A stretch of DNA of 43,188 nucleotides, from contig CAZDOH010000003.1 in NCBI GenBank assembly GCA_964507005.1, positions 1-43,188 of the forward strand. The letters are read 5' to 3'. The stretch is from an uncultured Prevotella sp. Its GTDB lineage: Bacteria; Bacteroidota; Bacteroidia; Bacteroidales; Bacteroidaceae. Numbering within the stretch: position 1 is the stretch's first letter; each line of letters starts with the position of its first letter. The translations under genes were made by a program, and so were the position numbers. This document shows positions 9,665 to 17,403 of the stretch, one piece after another. The notes beneath the pieces are model-generated. The model made no database searches and was not told the DNA's origin. It saw only the letters and a program-made list of their open reading frames with translations.

Positions 9665-9672
9665 CAAAATTA
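9665..9672 (-). promoter_or_regulatory. -7 box TAATTTTG for DUF4254-ispG
   Basis: Exact TAnnTTTG on the minus strand, 32 nt upstream of the ATG at 9633. Confidence 0.5.
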
Positions 9673-9733
9673 ATGTTTTTGGGGCAAACCCGGCATGTGT
9701 GCGCCCGTAAAAATGAGTCACTGTCTGCAGCAG

Positions 9734-9771
9734 ACAACAAAAGAGGCTGCGCCTGTTTCGGCGCAACCTCT
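9734..9771 (-). terminator. Rho-independent terminator of the LamG gene
   Basis: Minus strand agaggttgcgcc-gaaaca-ggcgcagcctct (12-bp stem with 1 mismatch), followed by tttgttg. Confidence 0.65.
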
Positions 9772-9798
9772 TCGGTACAGGATATTTTCGGCAGAGCG

Positions 9799-12700
9799 CT
9801 ACTCGGCGTCAGACTCTGCGGTTTTGGTCATGTCCACATACAGGCGCTTCACTTCGGGGCCGGTGATTGCACGGCTGTAGAGGCGGGCAGTTACCACTTC
9901 GCCGTTGAGCAGGTATTCTGCTGAATTTCCGCCGTAGCTTGCGTCACCGCCAATGCAGAAGTAGCGTGCGTTGCCTTGCGGCAGGCCCATCTGGCCGGCA
10001 AGCTGTACGCGGCTTGCAAGGTTGCCGTTTACGTAAAGGCTCATTGTGGGAGTTTCAACGTCTATCGTCTGAACCACTACTGCCACATGATAGTAGGTGT
10101 TTTTCTGCACGGGATAGTCGTAGGCGTAAGCCGTAGCATATCTGCCGCTGAAGTAACCCCATGCCTGGATTTCATTGCCCGGCTCGATACCTACACCGCC
10201 GTTTTGCTGCGAGCTTACAACTGCGGGCAGTGATGACAGGTTGTCGTTGTTCACCATGAATGTTGATTCGAGAGTGAAGTCACCGACAAGGGCGTCGAGG
10301 ATGGTCTGGTTCTCGGAGTAGGGCACACCGAAATAGCACTGGGTGTTGTCGCCCGGGAACTGGGCTACCCAGCGGTTGTAGGTTTCGTTGAAGTATGTCG
10401 TGGGAGTTGTGGGGCCAACGGTCACGTCAATATTCTGCTCGGAAACGTCGGTTGCAGTGCCGTTTTCGCCGAATACGATGTCAAACAGGTCGGCTACCGG
10501 AGCAACTTCGGCAATGGAAGTGTCTTCCTCTGCCTTTTCGTAGCCTTTGATAGCATCCTGGTAGAGCAGATACGCCTCGTCGCGGCTCACTGCCTTTGAA
10601 TACATGCGGGCAATCAGCAGATAGCCGTCGAGTGGTGCCTGACTTCCTGCGCTGAGGAGATTTTCCGATACGTCTCCGCCCAATACCAGATAATGTGCGC
10701 CTTCTGCCGGGAGCGTGAGAGCATCGGGGCAATCCATTTCACCTGCGGGGTATCCGTTGAGGTACATGCGCAGCTTCTCGCCGTCGTAGGTTGCAACTGC
10801 ATGGTAGTATTTGCCCGGCTGTATGTTGGTTGAGCTTGAGAGTTGGTACCATTCGCCGTCGCCGTGGCCGGCTTCGATGTGGAATTCACCGTTTCCTTCG
10901 CCCGGCATCCAGAAGCCGCTGCCGCCTGCCTGCTGGCTGCTTATGGGAGTCTGCTGTGCGTCTACTGCGTTGCACATGAAGAATGCTTCCATAGTGTAAG
11001 CCGTTTGGAGCGCGTTCTTGATCTTGTCGTTGTTGGAGTAGTCAACGGCATAGTATTGGCTATTGTCGTGGTTGAACTTGGCACCCGCGAGCTTGTAGTC
11101 GGCATCGTAGAATGCGATGGGAATAGTAGTGCTTGTGATGACAACATTGTTCATGGGCGACTGGTCAGACCCGTTGCCCTTTTCGTCAACCTGAAGGTCG
11201 AACAGGTCGGCAGTGGGAAGTGTAGTACCTTCAGCGGGAGTGTATTCGCCGATTGTGAACGGTTCGCTTTCAATGGGGTCGCTTTCGTTGCCGTAAGGGT
11301 CAACTGCAGTAACGCGGGCACGCATTGTGCCTTCGTTGTCGATGCCGCTGATCAGTATGCTGAGAGTTTCCGGTTTTTCGCTGCCGAGGTAGAATTGCGA
11401 GCAGCGGTTGGCTGTAGCCACAACTTCGTCCGACGAGTTTACGATGTCAACTTTGTAGTAGTAAACAATATCGTTGAGGTCTTCGCCAATTTCAGCCTGC
11501 GGGAAAGTAATTTTGCGCTGGGTTGTCTGCATTTCGCTGGTAGTAACTTCGGCGCCGTCTTCAAACGCGGGCTTCGAGCCGTTGTAGTTGGCGTATGCAA
11601 AGTTGGTTCCGTCGTAGGGAGATTCGAAAGAGAGAAGGTCGCCAATCATTTCGTTGCGCTGGCCGTCGATACGTGTTATTGTGAACAAGTCTTCGCTTTC
11701 AACGCTTACAATCATGCCTTCGTTGATTCTTGCATTGCTGGGGTGGGAACCGTCAGCGTCAATGCCTTCGTGGGTATAAACGTCATAGTTGCCGCCATCG
11801 TTGATGCTGGTGAACTTGTCCTGGTGCAAAGTGAGCGGGTTGCGCGATGAGAAGTGGGTGTGGCCGCTGAAGTCAACTACTTGCGGGTAGTCTTTCAGAA
11901 TGTTGTAAATTTTCTTCGAACCCCATCCGCCGTCGTTGTCACCGGTGCCCTGCACTGTGCCGTAGGCGGGAATATGCTGGAACACAAAGATTGGTTTGCC
12001 TGGATATTTTTCAACGGCGTCTTCAAGGCTGTTTTTCAGGAAAGCGAGGCTTTCGGTGCTGTAGCTTTCCTCGCTTGTGCCCGAAAGGCCGATGTAGATG
12101 AAAGGATAGCCCTTGATTTCGAAATAGTTGTTGAACGAGCAGCCAAGGGTATTGTAGTAGCCCATTGTGGTGCCGCCGTCGTTGGTGTACCATTCGTGGT
12201 TGCCGACAATATAGTAACGGGGAATATAGTCGGGTACAATATCTGTATTGCCGAATACGGAGTTCAGACTTGTGTAGTTTGACTGGTTGCCGTTGTTTGA
12301 GTAGTCGCCGTTCACGAAGATTGCGTCAACGTCGCCCGAGTTCTCGTAGAGAGTAGCGAGGCTTTCCTGTACGCGGCTTTCTGCTCCGTCTGTGCCGAAG
12401 TGCAGGTCGCTTATCACGATAAACGAGGGGAAGCCTTCGAATGTCTGTGCCACGGTGACTTTGCCGGTGAAGTCGGGGTTTGAAACGAGTGTCACGCCGA
12501 TTTCGCCGTAGCGGGTGCCTTCGTCCATCTTGCCGGCGTTGAATACATACGACTTAGTGCCGTTTTCGAATTTCGTGTCGGTTGCGGATATCCATTCGGC
12601 GGTTGTGAATGCGATTTCCGCATTGGCAGTGATTTCTACCGAAACTCCGGCATTGATGCCGCTTACTTTAACAGTGTCGCAGGCGATGAAGAAGCCGGGG

Positions 12701-13071
12701 GCAGTGCCGAGCTGCACTACGGCAATCTTGTAGGAGTTGCCGTCGGGCACTGCGATGTTGATTTCGCCCGAACGTGTGTCGCTGCCGGTGTTTTCGCTTA
12801 CAGCCACTGAGAGCGTGTCGCCTTCAAGCGTTGGGGTTATCCACTTTTCGCCGGTGCTGAGCCGGGCTACCGAGTTGGTCTTGACAACAACCTTCTTTGC
12901 CGAAGCGGCATTGGTGTAGTACAGAGTCTTGACACCCGAGGGGACATCGAATTCCACCTGGCCGGGTGCGCCTATTGCAGTCAGAACCTTGTCCTGAGCC
13001 TGTGCCGGCATAGCGAAAGCCGCGCACAACACCATCAATGCAATTGAGAAAATATATTTCAGTCTTTTCAT
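9799..13071 (-). CDS. Secreted multidomain protein: 2x BACON-like, calcineurin-like metallophosphoesterase, Ig/FN3-like, 2x LamG (concanavalin-like) domains
   Basis: SPI-type signal (AMPAQAQD). Metallophosphatase motifs ISDLHFG, NGDYSN, GNHEW and SGHTHF. Two C-terminal modules of about 200 aa carry LamG-like signatures (YHAVATYDGEKLRMYLNG and YYHVAVVVQT...MSLYVNG). No T9SS CTD. Confidence 0.75.
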   Translation of the reverse strand: MKRLKYIFSIALMVLCAAFAMPAQAQDKVLTAIGAPGQVEFDVPSGVKTLYYTNAASAKKVVVKTNSVARLSTGEKWITPTLEGDTLSVAVSENTGSDTRSGEINIAVPDGNSYKIAVVQLGTAPGFFIACDTVKVSGINAGVSVEITANAEIAFTTAEWISATDTKFENGTKSYVFNAGKMDEGTRYGEIGVTLVSNPDFTGKVTVAQTFEGFPSFIVISDLHFGTDGAESRVQESLATLYENSGDVDAIFVNGDYSNNGNQSNYTSLNSVFGNTDIVPDYIPRYYIVGNHEWYTNDGGTTMGYYNTLGCSFNNYFEIKGYPFIYIGLSGTSEESYSTESLAFLKNSLEDAVEKYPGKPIFVFQHIPAYGTVQGTGDNDGGWGSKKIYNILKDYPQVVDFSGHTHFSSRNPLTLHQDKFTSINDGGNYDVYTHEGIDADGSHPSNARINEGMIVSVESEDLFTITRIDGQRNEMIGDLLSFESPYDGTNFAYANYNGSKPAFEDGAEVTTSEMQTTQRKITFPQAEIGEDLNDIVYYYKVDIVNSSDEVVATANRCSQFYLGSEKPETLSILISGIDNEGTMRARVTAVDPYGNESDPIESEPFTIGEYTPAEGTTLPTADLFDLQVDEKGNGSDQSPMNNVVITSTTIPIAFYDADYKLAGAKFNHDNSQYYAVDYSNNDKIKNALQTAYTMEAFFMCNAVDAQQTPISSQQAGGSGFWMPGEGNGEFHIEAGHGDGEWYQLSSSTNIQPGKYYHAVATYDGEKLRMYLNGYPAGEMDCPDALTLPAEGAHYLVLGGDVSENLLSAGSQAPLDGYLLIARMYSKAVSRDEAYLLYQDAIKGYEKAEEDTSIAEVAPVADLFDIVFGENGTATDVSEQNIDVTVGPTTPTTYFNETYNRWVAQFPGDNTQCYFGVPYSENQTILDALVGDFTLESTFMVNNDNLSSLPAVVSSQQNGGVGIEPGNEIQAWGYFSGRYATAYAYDYPVQKNTYYHVAVVVQTIDVETPTMSLYVNGNLASRVQLAGQMGLPQGNARYFCIGGDASYGGNSAEYLLNGEVVTARLYSRAITGPEVKRLYVDMTKTAESDAE

Positions 13072-13089
13072 TGTCGTGTCTGTTTAGAG

Positions 13090-14301
13090 TTATCTTACGT
13101 TGATTTTTACCGATTTCCCTTCAACTGTCACAATATATATGCCACGCTGCAGAGTGGACGACGAGGGTATCCTCACGCCATCGGTAGCGGTTATTGTGAA
13201 CGGTTTGCCGTTCGACACTACAACCTTGCCGCCTACTACGCTCACTGTGGGCTCGGCGATGGCCCGGTTGCTTATGCCGTTTACGATTTCGTCGGCTTTC
13301 ACGAAGCGCCATGTAAAGCCAGAGCCTAAGATTTCGTCCATCACGAACTCTTCGGGCTCTTCGTTAAGGGTGGTGTTGTTGAGGTAGCGCACGAATCCGT
13401 CAAATCCGGTCGACGACATTACGAACTGGTCTGCGTTGATGGCGTTGATGTTCCATGCGGTTGCTGCCGCGCCGGTTGCATCGGCATCGGGAAGGTTGTA
13501 TTTGCCGTCGATGTTGAAGTTGGTGGAGATGCTGTTGCCGGTGGCGCGGTTTACGATGGAGTATTTGCCTGCGTGGTCGCTTACCAGGCACCATTGTGCG
13601 GCGTTGCCGTTATCCTCGTTGGCGCCTACGGCAAATTTGTATTTGGTGTCTACCACCGAAGTGTTGTCGTAGATCATCTCGTTTTCGCAGCCGTCCTTGG
13701 CGCTTACGATGTTGTAGTAAGGCACGGTTTCGTCGTTGACTGCCTCGGGCTCTTCGGCTTCGAAAGGCTCAAGCACGAAGTGCGCACCGTCGCCATGGCC
13801 GTACTGGTCGCGCACCAGCCATATAAGGTAGTTGCTCGAAGCGCTTTCCCATACAGAAGGCCAACGGTAGATTTCGCCTCCGCCGGGGGCATGGCGGTCG
13901 GCTTCAAACTCAATTGTGTCGCCGCCCACGACAGTGATTTTGAACTTGGCAAGCGCGGAGTCCTTCATCTGAAGGCTCTCGTAGTTGCTGTATTTGGCCG
14001 AAAGGCCGGTGTCCATCTGCTTGCCGTCGAATTTGTTGGTAACAGTGTAGTAGCCTGCGCTGTCGGTAGCGGTGAAGCACCAGAGTTCGCGCGCGCAGTT
14101 CTCGAAATCCGACAAATCAGCCTTGTCTTTGCTGTAGATGTCGGTCCCTGTTGAGTACATGTACTTTCCTACGAGCACATTGCGCAGGTAGTACCACTTT
14201 ACTTTGCCGTTTTGGCTTACAAACGATGGCAATTCGTCGGCGAAAACCTGACAGAATGCCAAAGCCATAACCAAACATGCAAAAAGAGTCCTTTTCTTCA
14301 T
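13090..14301 (-). CDS. T9SS-sorted secreted protein with two internally duplicated lectin-like modules
   Basis: Signal peptide. Internal duplication (ELWCFTATDSAGYYTVTNKFDGKQM versus AQWCLVSDHAGKYSIVNRATGNSI). The C-terminus GIYIVTVEGKSVKINVR is typical of type-A T9SS C-terminal domains. Sits 18 nt upstream of the LamG gene. Confidence 0.7.
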   Translation of the reverse strand: MKKRTLFACLVMALAFCQVFADELPSFVSQNGKVKWYYLRNVLVGKYMYSTGTDIYSKDKADLSDFENCARELWCFTATDSAGYYTVTNKFDGKQMDTGLSAKYSNYESLQMKDSALAKFKITVVGGDTIEFEADRHAPGGGEIYRWPSVWESASSNYLIWLVRDQYGHGDGAHFVLEPFEAEEPEAVNDETVPYYNIVSAKDGCENEMIYDNTSVVDTKYKFAVGANEDNGNAAQWCLVSDHAGKYSIVNRATGNSISTNFNIDGKYNLPDADATGAAATAWNINAINADQFVMSSTGFDGFVRYLNNTTLNEEPEEFVMDEILGSGFTWRFVKADEIVNGISNRAIAEPTVSVVGGKVVVSNGKPFTITATDGVRIPSSSTLQRGIYIVTVEGKSVKINVR

Positions 14302-14338
14302 AAGCTGTTAATTAATGGGTTTCTGTATTTCCAGATTA

Positions 14339-14346
14339 CAAAAATA
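14339..14346 (-). promoter_or_regulatory. -7 box TATTTTTG for the T9SS lectin-like/LamG operon
   Basis: Exact TAnnTTTG on the minus strand, 38 nt upstream of the ATG at 14301. Confidence 0.5.
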
Positions 14347-14411
14347 GGGTATTGCTAATCATGTGGCGATTTAGATTCTGTTAATTTTTTAACACCCCCC
14401 CCGTTTTTTAA

Positions 14412-14591
14412 CTATAATTTACAGTTTCCGAGTGGTTTTAAGTACAATTCTTCTGCAATGATTTTGCATGCGGCTACAGTCTTTTGTGGCTTCTCGCTCG
14501 CTTCCAACTTGCGGCAGGGGGCGAGAAACACTTCGCCGGCGGCAGTGATGATTGCCGAACCGCACACTCTTATTGTCTTTTGATTTTCCAT
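14412..14591 (-). CDS. Hypothetical 59-aa Cys-containing small protein, below the ORF-track cutoff
   Basis: Hand translation: MENQKTIRVCGSAIITAAGEVFLAPCRKLEASEKPQKTVAACKIIAEELYLKPLGNCKL*. It is a GC-rich island in an AT-rich spacer. A TAGCTTTG -7 box lies 27 nt upstream of the ATG. Confidence 0.4.
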   Translation of the reverse strand: MENQKTIRVCGSAIITAAGEVFLAPCRKLEASEKPQKTVAACKIIAEELYLKPLGNCKL

Positions 14592-14617
14592 AAATGCTGC
14601 ATTAACTGTTTGTAATG

Positions 14618-14625
14618 CAAAGCTA
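14618..14625 (-). promoter_or_regulatory. -7 box TAGCTTTG for the 59-aa ORF
   Basis: Exact TAnnTTTG on the minus strand, 27 nt upstream of the ATG at 14591. Confidence 0.4.
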
Positions 14626-14685
14626 AACTAACATATCGACATTAAGGAAAAACCATAAAGAATTTAATTCCAAACGAGAAGAGGT

Positions 14686-14713
14686 GTCAATGTGTTAATG
14701 TGTTAATGTGTCA
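14686..14713. repeat. Left arm of inverted repeat (tandem GTGTYAAT octamers)
   Basis: 14689-14713 (aatgtgttaatgtgttaatgtgtca) is the exact reverse complement of 14903-14927. The match extends to 28 nt with 1 mismatch. Confidence 0.92.
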
Positions 14714-14902
14714 ATGTTTAATGGTTTGAAAATTCCGAAGGCGAAAACAATAAAAGTTCAAAATGCCTTTTCAAGGAATGTATCGGCTATCAATTTGCAG
14801 AGTAATAATGTATTAAATATATATATTATATATAATAATAATATATATTCATTATATATATACGTTTTCCCCATTTGCAGCAACTGTGGGTAAATAGAAG
14901 AA

Positions 14903-14930
14903 TGACACATTAACACATTAACACATTAAC
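14903..14930. repeat. Right arm of inverted repeat
   Basis: tgacacattaacacattaacacatt(aac) is the reverse complement of the left arm. Confidence 0.92.
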
Positions 14931-14964
14931 GGTCTCGCCTGTTCTGGAATGGAAAGAACTCCAT

Positions 14965-15055
14965 GCGTTGCGCTTTGATTCTCTGCGCATTCCCGCGCCG
15001 CACTCTGGCGCAAAGCGGAAAAGTCTGCGTAGAGCGGAAATCTTCTCTTCGCAGC
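14965..15055. repeat. Third, more degenerate copy of the 22-bp repeat family (about 4 units)
   Basis: gcgctttgattctctgcgcatt, gcggaaaagtctgcgtaga and gcggaaatcttctcttcgcagc resemble units at 28725-28768 (shared attctctgcg and tctgcgtagagcg). Confidence 0.45.
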
Positions 15056-15174
15056 GCGCGCGCTTCACAACCAGCCAGCGCATCAAGGTAAGTGTCAAGA
15101 TGCCTAGCCGCTGGTGTGCCGGGATGCATATCCGCGCACAACGAGTCTACATGGCTGCAAGCGGTTTCTATTTT

Positions 15175-16263
15175 CTATTTTTTTGTTTTCTCGTTTTCCT
15201 CCTCCTCCAGCAGTTCGTGATAGAGTTGCAGGTAAGCCTGTATGTGTTTCGTGTATGAAAACTTCGCGGCGTGTTCCTTCTCTGCGGCTATGCGCTCCTC
15301 GTCCTGATAGAAGCCGGGCAGGCAGTCCTTCACCAGTTGCGCCATTTGCGGGGCTTCCAGAGTTTCCCAGATGAAGGCGTGTGAGCCGCATATCTCGGGC
15401 AGGCATGTGCGGTTGGCGATGAACACCGCTTTCCCGAACTGCATGGCTTCGATTACGGGCAGCCCGAAACCTTCGCCTTCGCTGGCAAAGAGGAATGCCC
15501 GGCAATTCGCGTAGAGCCATATCTTCTCCTCCTCGCTGATTTTGCCGCATAGGAAGGCGTTGCCCGTGGGCAGGGCTGCCGTTTGCCTGCGGATTCTGCG
15601 GGCGAAGCTGAAGTGGTCGTCGCCGCAGATGTAGAGGTCGTAGTCGGGGAGGTATGCCATCATCTCCACGAGTTTCTGGAAATTCTTCTTCTTGCGTATT
15701 TGCCCTATGGTGAAGAAGAAGGGCCGCTGCCTTGCGAACGCGGGTTGCTTTGCGGGGCGCCCCTCTATATGCTCCACGCCGTTGTAAATCACTATGGGCT
15801 TCTTTCCCTTGCCCAGGCGGAACTCCCGCTCTATCTGTTTCGCCACATATTGCGAGATGGCGGTTACGGCATCGGCGCGGTTTATGGCTCTTTGCAGCCG
15901 GATGTGGTGTTTCATTCGGCTGAGCCACCCTTTCTCGGTCAGGTAGTTGAGGTCGTGTATGGTCAGCACGTATTTCCTGCATTTTCCGCATTTCCGTTTC
16001 AGCTGCAGCTGGTTGGTGGTGTGCCACAAATCCACGGCAGGCAGGCCTTTCGTGAAGAATTTGTGGAATTTCCTGCGGAAGCTTGTTGTGGACACCTGTG
16101 CGGGAAGCGCCTTGTCGCAGTTGGGGGGAAGCAGGTAGTGGAAATGCAGTGAGTCGCCCGCTTCTTCGGGAAACAGTCGGGCGTAGTTGTTTTCCAGCTG
16201 TCCGAAGCCGCTGCTGTAGTTGTTGATTTCGGACAAGTCAAGGAGTACTGTCGGTTTTTTCAT
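15175..16263 (-). CDS. Glycosyltransferase family 4 (GT-B, GT1/4-like); start trimmed to MKKPTVLLDL
   Basis: 362 aa. Contains EGEGFGLPVIEAM (the E-x7-E region). Its ATG overlaps the stop of the upstream GT9 gene (ATGA). The N-terminal part of the 520-aa track ORF is an out-of-gene extension. Confidence 0.85.
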   Translation of the reverse strand: MKKPTVLLDLSEINNYSSGFGQLENNYARLFPEEAGDSLHFHYLLPPNCDKALPAQVSTTSFRRKFHKFFTKGLPAVDLWHTTNQLQLKRKCGKCRKYVLTIHDLNYLTEKGWLSRMKHHIRLQRAINRADAVTAISQYVAKQIEREFRLGKGKKPIVIYNGVEHIEGRPAKQPAFARQRPFFFTIGQIRKKKNFQKLVEMMAYLPDYDLYICGDDHFSFARRIRRQTAALPTGNAFLCGKISEEEKIWLYANCRAFLFASEGEGFGLPVIEAMQFGKAVFIANRTCLPEICGSHAFIWETLEAPQMAQLVKDCLPGFYQDEERIAAEKEHAAKFSYTKHIQAYLQLYHELLEEEENEKTKK

Positions 16264-17345
16264 GAATGTGTTTGCGGTTTCAGATAGAGTGCTGCCATGG
16301 GTTTCAGTTTCTGCCATACGCGGTCGGGGGTGAGGAGGCACATCCTCTCGGCGTAGCTCATCTTTCGGCTGCGCTGCTCGGCGGGCGGCATGAAGTCGTC
16401 GGGGCTGATGCCGGCGTAGCGTTCTCCCTCGCCGGGCAGCCAGATGGTTTTGGGTATGCCGGGCGGGAAGATGGCGAAGGAGGGCACTTGCAGGGCCTGC
16501 GCCATGTGGCGCGGGCCGCCCTCGTTGCCGAAGAAGAACTGGCAGCAGGCGAGCAGGGCGCACAGGTCGGGCAGTGTGGGCGCCTCGATGTTGGTGAAGA
16601 TATGCGGGTCGTTGTTCATTTCGCGCTGGCAGCGCAGTGCGGCTTCCCGTTCCTTCCCTGCGAAGTTGAAGATGATTTGTGCATCGAAATCGCGGATGAG
16701 TCTCCCCAGTATGTCCTTCATATATTCGCTGGGCCACACCTTATACTCCAGCCTGGCGGTGGGTGTGGCCAGGACTACGGGTCTGGAGAAGTCGATGCCT
16801 TTCTGCTGCATCAGCGCGCGGTATTTCTCTTTCAGCGCTTCGGGCACATAGAGCCTGAAGTCGGTGCTCGTCTTTAAGGCTGCTGTCTGGGCGAGCGGGG
16901 CTAGGAGCATGTTGTTCTGCTCCAGGCGGCTTCCGGTGCCCGGGGCGTGGTTGTCAATCCTGTAGTTCAGTATGCCGCAGCCGTATTTCTTCCTGCTTCC
17001 TATTCTGAAGGGCGTGGACAGGGAGAAGAGCGAGAACCACAGCGTCTTTGCCGTGGTGCGCATGTCGATGATTACATCGTAACGGGTGCTGCGCACTGTG
17101 TTCCATACTTTTCTTATGTAGGTGGGGAAGTGGTTGTTTTCGCGCTCGTCGAAGGTGATGAGCCTGTCGATGTCGGGATGGTTCTCGTAAAGGGTGTGAA
17201 TCCCTTTGTTTATCACAAAGTCTATTTCTGCCTGTGGAAAGGTCATGCGCAGACTGTGGCACAGGCCCATCGACAGTACGGAGTCGCCCACTCTTCTGAA
17301 GCGCAAAACAAGGATGTGCCGGACTTCTCTTTTCGTGTTTGCCAT
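16260..17345 (-). CDS. Glycosyltransferase family 9 (heptosyltransferase-like, LPS core); start trimmed to MANTKREV
   Basis: HILVLRFRRVGDSVLS is the typical GT9 N-terminus, and FFGNEGGPRHMAQAL is the typical C-terminal motif. A -7 box lies at 17374-17381. Confidence 0.85.
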   Translation of the reverse strand: MANTKREVRHILVLRFRRVGDSVLSMGLCHSLRMTFPQAEIDFVINKGIHTLYENHPDIDRLITFDERENNHFPTYIRKVWNTVRSTRYDVIIDMRTTAKTLWFSLFSLSTPFRIGSRKKYGCGILNYRIDNHAPGTGSRLEQNNMLLAPLAQTAALKTSTDFRLYVPEALKEKYRALMQQKGIDFSRPVVLATPTARLEYKVWPSEYMKDILGRLIRDFDAQIIFNFAGKEREAALRCQREMNNDPHIFTNIEAPTLPDLCALLACCQFFFGNEGGPRHMAQALQVPSFAIFPPGIPKTIWLPGEGERYAGISPDDFMPPAEQRSRKMSYAERMCLLTPDRVWQKLKPMAALYLKPQTHS

Positions 17346-17373
17346 ATTTTTTCTGACGGTGCGTATATTTGTG

Positions 17374-17381
17374 CAAAGATA
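17374..17381 (-). promoter_or_regulatory. -7 box TATCTTTG for the GT9-GT4 operon
   Basis: Exact TAnnTTTG on the minus strand, 29 nt upstream of the ATG at 17345. Confidence 0.5.
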
Positions 17382-17403
17382 CCCCTTTTGCGCGGAACTC
17401 CCG

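Larger units (their letters stand above)
14686..14930. other. Candidate invertible DNA segment (inverton): 25-28-bp IRs flanking a 189-bp AT-rich core
   Basis: The geometry (IR about 25 bp, spacer about 190 bp) matches Bacteroidales invertible promoters. The core has a 52-nt tract (14811-14862) that is A/T except for one C. No recombinase gene is in the window. Confidence 0.4.

Noticed and set aside
14708-14893. 61-aa plus-strand ORF inside the AT-rich core of the inverted-repeat element
   Set aside because: It is encoded largely by TA-repeat low-complexity DNA (NIYIIYNNNIYSLYIYV), has no promoter or start context, and begins inside the left IR.
14686-14930. The inverted-repeat element considered as a MITE or IS remnant
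   Set aside because: There is no target-site duplication at the flanks (gaagag versus ggtctc) and no transposase remnant. The arms are built from tandem octamers rather than typical TIRs. A non-autonomous mobile element cannot be fully excluded without genome-wide copy counts.
16264-16737. N-terminal 158-aa extension of the 520-aa track ORF (15175..16737), and the Arg-rich ORFs at 15104..16027 and 6986..7534
   Set aside because: The extension overlaps the 3' part of the GT9 gene in another frame and is Arg/Pro/His-rich. The GT4 protein begins naturally at MKKPTVLLDL (ATG at 16263), coupled to the GT9 stop. The other ORFs are shadow frames.
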